Source: a virus | Direction: 5' to 3' (one strand) | Length of the DNA stretch: 64,000 bases | Virus record (IMG/VR): IMGVR_UViG_3300048580_000526 | Location: 25,964 to 89,963 of that record | In this document: positions 53,585 through 62,216 of the stretch, piece after piece | Layout: each line of letters opens with the position of its first letter | Numbering within the stretch: position 1 is the first letter of the stretch | Notes under the pieces: generated by a model | Seen by the model: only the letters and a program-made list of their open reading frames with translations | The model's database searches: none | Told to the model about the DNA's origin: nothing | Program-made: the position numbers and the translations under genes

Positions 53585-54208
53585 ATGACAGATAATACTG
53601 TACCAACAACAACTAATACTTCGACAGTACCAGATGCCCCAACTAAAGCACCAGATGACACTGTTGATGCACAAACTTATCAACAGATGTTAGATATCCT
53701 GAAGGATTTGACTGACCACACCCATACATTTTATGACAGTTATGGTACCGCTTGCCAATGCAACTGCGCTTGTTTTGCAGGTGATACTTTAATTCATACC
53801 AGAGAAGGTGTGATGACAGCATTTAACTTGACTGGAAAAACAGTTGAAGTGTACTGTATTGATGATGTTTGGAGATCAGCTACTTGGAAATCTTATGGAT
53901 TACAAAAACTTTGGTCATTGACATTAAATAACGGGGAAGTTATTCGTGTAACTGAAGATCATCGTTGGCCGGTAATAGGTAAATCAGAAGTGGTATTAAC
54001 CAGAGATTTAATGGGTGAAAAACTTCATTGTAAGTTTGGGGATTTCAGAGAAGTAGAAGTTGTTGGTGTAACTGATTTGGGAATTTATGAATTGGTTCAT
54101 TGTTGTGAAGAACCAGTGACAGAAACTTTCGCTTTGGCTTCTGGAATTATTACTAAAAATTGTAATTGCACATGCTGCACTCGTGGGATGGTTTGGGGTG
54201 TGGCATAA
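53585..54208 (+). CDS. Cys-rich (Cx)n precursor-like protein interrupted by a mini-intein
   Basis: Late box 53553-60 and AGGAG RBS; DHTHTFYD..TACQCNCA|CFAGDT...IITKN|CNCTCCTRGMVWGVA. Confidence 0.8.
   Translation: MTDNTVPTTTNTSTVPDAPTKAPDDTVDAQTYQQMLDILKDLTDHTHTFYDSYGTACQCNCACFAGDTLIHTREGVMTAFNLTGKTVEVYCIDDVWRSATWKSYGLQKLWSLTLNNGEVIRVTEDHRWPVIGKSEVVLTRDLMGEKLHCKFGDFREVEVVGVTDLGIYELVHCCEEPVTETFALASGIITKNCNCTCCTRGMVWGVA
53771..54160 (+). mobile_element. mini-intein (Hint domain, 130 aa, no homing endonuclease)
   Basis: Block A CFAGDTLIHT, block B VTEDHRW (TxxH), block F/G ETFALASGIITKN followed by Cys +1. Confidence 0.85.
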
Positions 54209-54258
54209 ATGTCACAGTGTGATAAAAATAACACTATATTATTTGAAGAAATGATCTC

Positions 54259-54287
54259 TTGACAGAAAAGATAAATAATGTTATTAT
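54259..54287 (+). promoter_or_regulatory. sigma70 promoter with a nested late box
   Basis: TTGACA 54259-64, N17, TATTAT 54282-87; GATAAATA 54270-77 inside the spacer. Confidence 0.6.
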
Positions 54288-54313
54288 TGTTTTAACAGAT
54301 GGAGAAGACTATC

Positions 54314-54517
54314 ATGCGTAAATTGACCAAGGAAGAAATTGCGGCAAAGATCGCCAGTGCAAAGATTTATGCGGCAGCCCACCCTGAAATTCATTCAGAA
54401 TGGGATGCTGCTGTTGCAGAGTTAAAATCAAGGGTTTATATTGGTGAGTCTGGTGCCTATACTACTCCTGTCAAGGAAGGCGACCTTATTCGTATTGACG
54501 AGAATGATACAGAATGA
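54314..54517 (+). CDS. small protein, copy 1 (putative antitoxin)
   Basis: MRKLTKEEIAAKIASAKIY...YIGESGAYTTPVKEGDLI; ATGA overlap with the next gene. Confidence 0.6.
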   Translation: MRKLTKEEIAAKIASAKIYAAAHPEIHSEWDAAVAELKSRVYIGESGAYTTPVKEGDLIRIDENDTE

Positions 54518-55158
54518 GATGGGCTGAGATAATTACAGAAGTAGTTTTTAAAACAACCAAACAATATGGTATTCAACAAATTTTTGTGTCTAAACAATTT
54601 ATGAAAAGTTTTGACTCTTTTAAATTGATGGACAAAGATTTAGAAAAAGATTTAAATGAATTTTTATTTAAAAAAATAAGTGGTACGACTTTAAGTAAAG
54701 AAGCTCCACTATATGGTCCATTGGTTGGATTGTACCATTATCATCTTCGTCATGGTAGGGTGATTATAATTTATGCGTCAGATAATGAACATATAGAAAT
54801 TTATGCAATTGGTGGGCATGAATATGATGGTGATAATGCCCAACGACAATTGCGTAAAAGCATTAAGGGAATGACACAAGATAGTTTTGAAGTTTGGCAT
54901 TTACCAACTAATAAAATTGAATTTGCCAAACAACAATTATCTGTTGTTGAGAATTTGCTTTATTCATTGGTTGATGAAGTGGATATTTTAAAAGAGTATT
55001 TATCCACTGAAAATGGAATTATTGTTGATTTGATCACGCAAGAATTAAATATTTCTAACAAGACTGAATTTAAAGAATTTCTTTTAACTTGGGAAAAACA
55101 ATATAAAATATCGTTTGATAAATTTATCAAACGATTAATACCTGCTAATACAAATTAA
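54514..55158 (+). CDS. YafQ/RelE-family mRNA interferase-like protein with a C-terminal extension
   Basis: SKQFMKSF...EAPLYGPLVGLYHYHL..GRVIIIY...IEIYAIGGH follows the YafQ pattern DHPL.G...H....LIY....GTH. Confidence 0.6.
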   Translation: MRWAEIITEVVFKTTKQYGIQQIFVSKQFMKSFDSFKLMDKDLEKDLNEFLFKKISGTTLSKEAPLYGPLVGLYHYHLRHGRVIIIYASDNEHIEIYAIGGHEYDGDNAQRQLRKSIKGMTQDSFEVWHLPTNKIEFAKQQLSVVENLLYSLVDEVDILKEYLSTENGIIVDLITQELNISNKTEFKEFLLTWEKQYKISFDKFIKRLIPANTN

Positions 55159-55171
55159 TGAGGAAAATAAC

Positions 55172-55399
55172 ATGCGTAAATTCACCAAGGAAGAAATTGC
55201 GGCAAAGATCGCCAGTGCAAAGATTTATATGGATGCCCATCCACATCTAAAAGACATTGATTTTAAGAAAATTATGGATGAATTTGAAACTCGTGAATAT
55301 ATTGGTGAATCTGGTGCTTATACTACACCTGTCAAGGAAGGCGACCTTATACCATTTGATGAGAATGAACAATTAGAATTTCATTTTATGAAACAATAA
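55172..55399 (+). CDS. small protein, copy 2 (putative antitoxin)
   Basis: MRKFTKEEIAAKIASAKIY...YIGESGAYTTPVKEGDLI. Confidence 0.6.
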   Translation: MRKFTKEEIAAKIASAKIYMDAHPHLKDIDFKKIMDEFETREYIGESGAYTTPVKEGDLIPFDENEQLEFHFMKQ

Positions 55400-55669
55400 A
55401 TCTTCAGTTTTTTCAAATTGTGCAAATAATCCAATAGATTCTTTAAATTCTTCAGCATCTCCCCCTTGAACTTCCAGATTAATTTCATCTAAATACAACA
55501 CAACGTTCATTGATTTTTCTGTACAAGATTGTATTAATGCTATTACTTCTTTGCCTGAAGCTAATAAATCAAGGCACATTCTTTCAGTCCAACCATTTTT
55601 TAAAAAATGGGCTGGTAACGCTCCTAATAGAGCAGTATTGGAATCCACGATATGAAAAATCATCCCCAC
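55373..55669 (-). CDS. hypothetical protein
   Basis: Overlaps the upstream 55660 gene in the same operon. Confidence 0.5.
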   Translation of the reverse strand: MGMIFHIVDSNTALLGALPAHFLKNGWTERMCLDLLASGKEVIALIQSCTEKSMNVVLYLDEINLEVQGGDAEEFKESIGLFAQFEKTEDLLFHKMKF

Positions 55670-56349
55670 CTCAATCTAAAAAACATTGCGTCTTGAACAT
55701 TCATAAAATAATAATTATGACGAAAATAGTCATGGATAAATGGGCATTCAATTTTTTTCAACCAATCATAAACTTCATCAGATTGTAAGAAAGGATGACT
55801 TTCTTTATATTGGAAAATATTAAAAACATCATTTATTTGTTCACCAGATAAAATTGGTATTTCCACGAAAACTTGTTGTCCATTTTCATCTTCTACTGTG
55901 GTTGATTTAGCATCATAAATTCCTTCATAACTAATTTTGAAATGGTTAGAATATTTACTATTTAGGGTGCTTTCGTTAATACCATTTCTATGTTTAAATA
56001 AATGGAGCCATAATGATAAATGCTCACTCCAAAGTTCAAGAAATTTTTTGGCATCTTTTTTTCTTGGAAAATTATACAACCCTTTAGTCCACACACCACC
56101 TGATAGATAGTTATGGTAGTCTTGGTGAATTAACGTCCCATTGTTTGAACCAACCCAAGAATGAATTTCAGGGAACCAAAGTTTAAATTCTTCAAGATGG
56201 CGAAGGTGTTGTTCTTTTGTTGGAAATTGCCAATTTGAAACGTTATTATGTTCATAAAATAATGGAATATTCCAAGATAGAATTTTCTTTCTACCTGTCC
56301 CAAACCCATGATATTTTTCTTTAATTGGTTCTAATACTAAAAATTCCAT
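55660..56349 (-). CDS. hypothetical protein with two F....DA..F.L.W repeats
   Basis: YNFPRKKDAKKFLELW and YYFMNVQDAMFFRLRWG; GGAGG RBS; TTGACA promoter at about 56366-56393 (-). Confidence 0.6.
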   Translation of the reverse strand: MEFLVLEPIKEKYHGFGTGRKKILSWNIPLFYEHNNVSNWQFPTKEQHLRHLEEFKLWFPEIHSWVGSNNGTLIHQDYHNYLSGGVWTKGLYNFPRKKDAKKFLELWSEHLSLWLHLFKHRNGINESTLNSKYSNHFKISYEGIYDAKSTTVEDENGQQVFVEIPILSGEQINDVFNIFQYKESHPFLQSDEVYDWLKKIECPFIHDYFRHNYYFMNVQDAMFFRLRWG

Positions 56350-56389
56350 TTTCACCTCCAGCATTATCCTACCATGAATTATTTTATTG

Positions 56390-56695
56390 TCAAAGGATTA
56401 AAAATTTTAATTTTATGTATGAACATATATCCTTATGTTTGAAATACCAACATCCTCCCCAAAATTCCCATAAAGCATTTTTGTTTATTGGGAAAACATC
56501 CAATCTTGATTCTTCTAATATTAATGGATCGCCATATGTTTGTTTGAGATAATCATGAATTATTTTCCATTGCTCCATTGAAAGATCATCATTGCTTTCT
56601 ATTTTATATGGAAAATAATCGTTTAGGTACATATCAATTTGTTCTGTATGTGAGAAATTAAATTCTTTGAAATATGTTAAATCCATTTTAATCAT
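56390..56695 (-). CDS. hypothetical protein
   Basis: Overlaps the rSAM stop; C-terminal WYFKHKDICSYIKLKF resembles the motif in the neighbouring gene. Confidence 0.55.
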   Translation of the reverse strand: MIKMDLTYFKEFNFSHTEQIDMYLNDYFPYKIESNDDLSMEQWKIIHDYLKQTYGDPLILEESRLDVFPINKNALWEFWGGCWYFKHKDICSYIKLKFLIL

Positions 56696-58964
56696 GCCTA
56701 AAAGGTGTTATTTGTTTTAATTCTGTATATAAAATTGCTATTTTTTTGCACATATCATCAGGTTGAAATACAGGTCTACCTGCGACAGCATTCCCTGCTG
56801 GACATTGGTAACAATAAAGTGTATTACAGTCTTGGCATTCTGGTAATTTTTGTAATTTTTCATATTCTGACTGTATTTCCATAATGGCAACACGATTGAT
56901 TTCATTTTTGAATAAATTTCCTAAAATGGTATGGGGAACGTCTTCTTTTCTTGAGACGAATTTATAACACCCTGAAAAATCGCCAGAACCATCGATTGAA
57001 ATTTCATCCATTGCTGCAGACATACATCCAGTTCTACCTTTTTCCCCAACTCCTTCTGAAATTTGGAATTTTAATAAATCTTTGTGGGTCGATAAGATGT
57101 TTTTTATAGTTGATGAAAATGTTTCCCAAGTTTTATCATTCCAAGAAATCCAACCATCTGTAAAAGAATTTATCAATGGGTGAAATATAAATTTTCTAAC
57201 GCCAATATTATATAATGATGTGAACCAATGATTTATTTCATTGGTTTGGTCTGGTGTAAAAGTAGCCTGTATGGTTAATTGGTGTGGTTGTGTAATTGAA
57301 GCAATTAATTTTATATTATCAATAATTTTTTGGATTTGTTCTGTTGTTAGTTTTCTATTTTTGGTATTACCATTGAGTGAATCTAATGATACAGTCATTC
57401 TAACGTCTTGATATGAAAAATATTCTTGGATAAATTGTGGTGTTAATAATAGTCCGTTTGTTACAACGCTTATGGTTTGATGTCCAACAGATTTTGTTAT
57501 ATCATTTTTGTATTGGTTCATGAATGATAAAATTAATTTATTATGGATTAACGGTTCTCCCCCAAAAAATTGAACATATTTAAAATATTTAGAATTGATA
57601 TTAGCAAGAAAATCCCATGCTTGTTTGATTTTTTCTGGTGTAAATGGTTCATAATTTTTGACGTGTTGCATATAACAGTAATCACATTTTAGATTGCAAG
57701 AATTGGTTAAAAGCAAATCTACATATTTTAGGTTGTAGAATAGGTCATTGGCATCAGAAAGAACGTTTGTTTTTGTAACTTGTTGATTTTGTTCTGGTTT
57801 TTTATTGATATGTTTGATTAAATCATCTTCTTTGTTCAAATCATAATTGTAACGATTTAGAAAAATATCAATAAGCTTTGTAAAATCCTTGCAAGGACTT
57901 TTATCCAATGTTTGGTTATCTGCCCAAGTATAATAAAAATGAATATCGTTGCATATTGGTGGGTCCATATAGATGCAAGATTTGCATTTCTCTAAAATTG
58001 GTGGTTCCCAGTCATGGTATATTTCAATCTTATCTTTCCATTGTCCTTTTCTGGCTTTTTCATTATGATATTCGGCAGTGACATATTCTGGATATAGATA
58101 CCCATCTGCAGAAAGAATATAGTAGTCATAATTATCTGTTGACGGCAATCCAATATCTGGTGTTACCCCATCAAGACACACAGGTATTTTGTACACATAA
58201 AGCACTTCCAAAAATTGTTTCATTCTGGTAAAATATTCATTTAGTGAAAATCCTGGGATGGTTAATAGGTCAATGAATCCAACGTTTGGTTTATAGGTAA
58301 ATCTTGCAAGCACCAACGACAATTTATTTATTTTATTTCTGTGTTGGGAAAATAGCTTTACAATTGGGGCAATCCTGTCAATGGAAAAGAAATCCCTACT
58401 ATCTGGTGGAACTGTATAGTATAGTTCTATATTGGAAACATTTTGGTGCAAAAAATCCAACGTATCATCGATTAATAATGGCGGGGAATTTGTTGGCGAT
58501 TCTCTCAATGATTCTTGATAGGAAAAATCATAACTCAAACTAATCATTAGACGTTGGTTCCATTTTTGGAAGAAATCTTTATTTTTTAGGATTAGTAAAC
58601 CATTTGTGACGATTTGGAATTTCATTTTTTGGCAAACATTTTCCAACACACCTGTCATAATATCATCCATAATTTCAACCCAAAGTAATGGTTCCCCACC
58701 ATAAAATGTTATAAAATCCAATGGGGATTCTGAACCAACGTTGAAACTTTTGATAAAATTGATAATTTGGGGAACATCAGATTTTTTCATTTGAATATTA
58801 CCATGAAGTTCTTTGATTGCATCTCTGTCACAATAGGTACAATTTAGATTACAAGTTGACCCAAGATGGATTGAAAGATATACCCCTCTCCCTTCGATGT
58901 GACGATAATCTCCAAGATTGCATGAACGATTTTTTAAATATTCGCTATATTGTTGGGATGGCAT
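56688..58964 (-). CDS. fused tandem radical SAM enzyme (two rSAM domains, each with a SPASM/twitch-like Cys tail); putative peptide maturase
   Basis: CNLNCTYC + FYGGEPLL + VTNGLL + CKSC..C..C; CNLKCDYC + FFGGEPLI + VTNGLL + GC...SIDGSGDFSGC...CQDCNTLYCYQCPAGN...DMC. Confidence 0.9.
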   Translation of the reverse strand: MPSQQYSEYLKNRSCNLGDYRHIEGRGVYLSIHLGSTCNLNCTYCDRDAIKELHGNIQMKKSDVPQIINFIKSFNVGSESPLDFITFYGGEPLLWVEIMDDIMTGVLENVCQKMKFQIVTNGLLILKNKDFFQKWNQRLMISLSYDFSYQESLRESPTNSPPLLIDDTLDFLHQNVSNIELYYTVPPDSRDFFSIDRIAPIVKLFSQHRNKINKLSLVLARFTYKPNVGFIDLLTIPGFSLNEYFTRMKQFLEVLYVYKIPVCLDGVTPDIGLPSTDNYDYYILSADGYLYPEYVTAEYHNEKARKGQWKDKIEIYHDWEPPILEKCKSCIYMDPPICNDIHFYYTWADNQTLDKSPCKDFTKLIDIFLNRYNYDLNKEDDLIKHINKKPEQNQQVTKTNVLSDANDLFYNLKYVDLLLTNSCNLKCDYCYMQHVKNYEPFTPEKIKQAWDFLANINSKYFKYVQFFGGEPLIHNKLILSFMNQYKNDITKSVGHQTISVVTNGLLLTPQFIQEYFSYQDVRMTVSLDSLNGNTKNRKLTTEQIQKIIDNIKLIASITQPHQLTIQATFTPDQTNEINHWFTSLYNIGVRKFIFHPLINSFTDGWISWNDKTWETFSSTIKNILSTHKDLLKFQISEGVGEKGRTGCMSAAMDEISIDGSGDFSGCYKFVSRKEDVPHTILGNLFKNEINRVAIMEIQSEYEKLQKLPECQDCNTLYCYQCPAGNAVAGRPVFQPDDMCKKIAILYTELKQITPFRHD

Positions 58965-59948
58965 CTAATTACTCCTCAATACGGTGAATGACCAATCAAA
59001 TTCTTTGGTACAAGTTTCCCAAAATGCCCCTGTGGAAATTTTAATGTTTAGGTAATTGAAATTGGATATTGGGGTAATGTTCAATTTATTATTCTCCCAT
59101 GAAAATTTCATATTGGTATTTATCAAGACATCTTTGGAAATGTCCAACGAATGACCAATTAAACCAATTTCAGAACCTGACTTATGAACACCATTAAATG
59201 TTTCCCAACTTTTATTACTGAAAAAATCCAACTTGAATGGACCTTCTGTTATAACGACATTATCATTTCTAAATTGAATATTTTCAAAATCCAAATTAAA
59301 TATTCTTGTTTTCAATGGTTCTGTATTTTCTGCAAAAATGGTAAAATCTTTTGATTTATTAACGAACAATACCTTATTTGATATTAGACTATTATTCAAC
59401 ACCATAATATAAATTGGTAAGTTCCCCAATTTGAACATTGATATTGGGAACAGGGATAAATTTTGATGTTTGGAATAATCAGTTTCAATTTCTTGATTAT
59501 TATAAAACACTGTTTGAGATAATGGATTGTATAATTGTCCTTTATCATTTTTTGTTAAAAAATTCATATATTGGAATGGGTTCTTGGCTTTTTCTTCATT
59601 GAAATCCACTATTCCATAAAACGACGACCCTGCTATTGTTGGATGCTTTTCTTCATCACAATATTTCAACATTGCGTTTATGTTTATATTATAGCTATAA
59701 TCGTATTTAAAATTATTGGCATTTTTTGGGATGATAGTTAGAAGATTTTCTGGTTGATTATTGTCCCGAATTAGTTTCCACATATGTTGATTTTGTCTAA
59801 ATGGGAAACGATATTCAAGCGAAGTCCCAGACACCAATTGGGAATAGTTGTCTTCATCATCTGGACCACGATAATTTCTTATATATTCTTCCACAGAAGA
59901 AAACAAGTCATTATCTGGTATGCTATTTTGGATAAAAATGTATTTCAT
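58965..59948 (-). CDS. unknown protein, rSAM-operon paralog 3
   Basis: Stop codon directly abuts the rSAM ATG; FKLGNLPIYIMVLNN. Confidence 0.75.
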   Translation of the reverse strand: MKYIFIQNSIPDNDLFSSVEEYIRNYRGPDDEDNYSQLVSGTSLEYRFPFRQNQHMWKLIRDNNQPENLLTIIPKNANNFKYDYSYNININAMLKYCDEEKHPTIAGSSFYGIVDFNEEKAKNPFQYMNFLTKNDKGQLYNPLSQTVFYNNQEIETDYSKHQNLSLFPISMFKLGNLPIYIMVLNNSLISNKVLFVNKSKDFTIFAENTEPLKTRIFNLDFENIQFRNDNVVITEGPFKLDFFSNKSWETFNGVHKSGSEIGLIGHSLDISKDVLINTNMKFSWENNKLNITPISNFNYLNIKISTGAFWETCTKEFDWSFTVLRSN

Positions 59949-59985
59949 TGTTTGATTATAAAATAATTCTTTTAGATATTCAAAT

Positions 59986-61215
59986 TTAATCTTTTATGAA
60001 TTGTACTTTGGATAAATCTTTTATGAATTCGTCAACAGTTTGATTTTCATTTTTCGCAATACCATCAATCAATAATCCATTGGCGTCATATCTATCAAAA
60101 ATTTCTGGATTGTTTGGAACCAATGAAGTTTTATTGATTATGAATTCACAATACATTTTATTTGATTTTTGTAAAGCATCCATTTCTTTTCCAAGATTCA
60201 ATTTAACTTTCATATATGTTTTTTGTCCATTTTTCAATCCTGTAACATCAAATGTTATCCTATAAGACCCCACAGCCCCATAAAGAACTTTATTAACAGA
60301 GAACGGGATTGTGGTTTCAATATCAAAAATACTATCTGGAATTTTTTCAATATGATTATATAATGTTGCGTTATTTTCCCATTCATATTTTTCGATTGGT
60401 GAAAAAATTTCCATACTGAAGGTATCTTGGCTAACATGTAAATCATACTTTCCAGCCAAATAATCAACATTGAAGAATACAGAATTTAAAAATTCGTGTT
60501 TGAAGGTGAAATTTTCTTGTTTGCAAGTTTCAGTTTGAACATCCCCACAATAAGTGTGTGGTGAAATTTTTTCTTGGATGATTTCACTGTTGGTAATCAT
60601 GACATATATTGAAGTGTTTTCTAATTTGTTGACTGTGAAGACTGTAATTAATTTGTCCTTGCTCTCAACTATTTTATCATTATCACAACGATATAACGAA
60701 CCACCATTCAAGTACATGAAGAACATATTTTTTAACATATCTGCTGGGCTTATTGATTTTAATGTTGTTCCATCAATGCCATAAATCACTAATGATTGTT
60801 TTTTATCAACCCAATCAAGAATTTCCCAAGAAGGCATTTCTCTATAATAATGGGGTAATGTTTTAAAAATCCTATCAACTGGTGTTGTTGGGGTAATATC
60901 TTTAACATAATTGGGCATATCCAAAATAGTAAATGGGCTTTCAAAATAAAACCTATCTGGTCTTGGGTCTGTATCTTTTTTAGCCATGAGATTGGTATCA
61001 AATGGCTTTGGGTCTGTTATCAACACAAATCTTGCCTTATGAGTTGTGCCAGTTTGGGAAAAAGTGTTTATCTTACTACTTTGGATTGGAATATTGGTTA
61101 TAGAATTTTCATCATGCCCATGATTGAACATATCAATACTGGATAGAATTTCTTTACCTTTTTGGGTACCATCTGTAATAATGAGGAATCGTTTTCCATT
61201 GTTTATTGTTTTCAT
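59986..61215 (-). CDS. unknown protein, rSAM-operon paralog 2
   Basis: NKLENTSIYVMITNS; collinear similarity to both neighbours. Confidence 0.75.
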   Translation of the reverse strand: MKTINNGKRFLIITDGTQKGKEILSSIDMFNHGHDENSITNIPIQSSKINTFSQTGTTHKARFVLITDPKPFDTNLMAKKDTDPRPDRFYFESPFTILDMPNYVKDITPTTPVDRIFKTLPHYYREMPSWEILDWVDKKQSLVIYGIDGTTLKSISPADMLKNMFFMYLNGGSLYRCDNDKIVESKDKLITVFTVNKLENTSIYVMITNSEIIQEKISPHTYCGDVQTETCKQENFTFKHEFLNSVFFNVDYLAGKYDLHVSQDTFSMEIFSPIEKYEWENNATLYNHIEKIPDSIFDIETTIPFSVNKVLYGAVGSYRITFDVTGLKNGQKTYMKVKLNLGKEMDALQKSNKMYCEFIINKTSLVPNNPEIFDRYDANGLLIDGIAKNENQTVDEFIKDLSKVQFIKD

Positions 61216-61217
61216 CG

Positions 61218-62117
61218 TTATACCTTATAAATGTTGTAATCGTAGAATGTTTTTTGGGATTCGAAGATATAGTTATTCAAGAACTCGTTTGAATTCAATT
61301 TGATGCACAAATACCCGGTGGTCATGCTTGGAACATTAGACAAATCTAATGTTAAAATCGTCCCCTCTAAAGTGAATGGGATATTGGAACTGACTGTTAT
61401 CAAGTCTGCTAAATTTGGGGGCAACAATGGTTTAACATCATTTGTAAAAAGTTCAATCGTCAAAGTGTCTTCATTAACGAACACTGTTTTCTTCCCGATA
61501 ATTTGTTCCACTCCAGCAGTAAAATTGACTGTGAAGAATTTATTTTTTAGGTATTCGGTTGAAGAAGATGCTATAATGGTTGAAGTTGAACTTTTAATAG
61601 TCATCCCTCTATTAGCATTAACCACAGCAGCGGAATTCAAAATCCCTGTATAGATTGGAAGGGTACCAACTTTAAAGAATGTTGCGAATGAGAAGAAGAA
61701 CGCTGGCATGGATTCATCTGCCACAACCAATTCTGCGGTTTCGCAATTTATGAATGAACCATCTGGATTTCTTGAATAATACCCCAACCCTGTTAAAAGA
61801 TTTTGGTCTGTTACCAATCCCGGTACTGGGGACATAATATAGCAGTTATTGTATCTGTCACAATATTGTTTAATATTGGCTACTGAAACAACACGATGGA
61901 AATCTGTAGCATTTGGGTTTGTAATATCGTTGATGTTGAAAATTCTGTGCCCGAAAATTAGATTATCATTTGATTTGTCAAAATATAGTGTGAATAGATA
62001 GTTATTATTATGGAAGAAAGTGTATTGGGGTGCTTGTCCCCTTACATAATTTTCGATTTCATAAATCATATCTTTTTGGTTTAAAGCACTATCTTGGATA
62101 ATATATAAATCATTCAT
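61218..62117 (-). CDS. unknown protein, rSAM-operon paralog 1
   Basis: FKVGTLPIYTGILNS; AAGGAG RBS; late box GATAAATA 62139-46 (-). Confidence 0.75.
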   Translation of the reverse strand: MNDLYIIQDSALNQKDMIYEIENYVRGQAPQYTFFHNNNYLFTLYFDKSNDNLIFGHRIFNINDITNPNATDFHRVVSVANIKQYCDRYNNCYIMSPVPGLVTDQNLLTGLGYYSRNPDGSFINCETAELVVADESMPAFFFSFATFFKVGTLPIYTGILNSAAVVNANRGMTIKSSTSTIIASSSTEYLKNKFFTVNFTAGVEQIIGKKTVFVNEDTLTIELFTNDVKPLLPPNLADLITVSSNIPFTLEGTILTLDLSNVPSMTTGYLCIKLNSNEFLNNYIFESQKTFYDYNIYKV

Positions 62118-62163
62118 TTTAAAAATCTCCTTTTCTTTTATTTATCATTTTCGAACAAAGTGG

Positions 62164-62191
62164 TTGACATTTTTTAAAAACCTGTTATTAT
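62164..62191 (+). promoter_or_regulatory. sigma70-type early promoter
   Basis: TTGACA 62164-69 ... TGTTATTAT. Confidence 0.55.
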
Positions 62192-62216
62192 GATCAGACA
62201 ATTTAGGAGAAAGAAA

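Larger units (their letters stand above)
54314..55350 (+). repeat. direct repeats flanking the YafQ-like gene
   Basis: 54314-54370 vs 55172-55228 identical except one base; second shared block TATATTGGTGA.TCTGGTGC.TATACTAC.CCTGTCAAGGAAGGCGACCTTAT. Confidence 0.85.
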
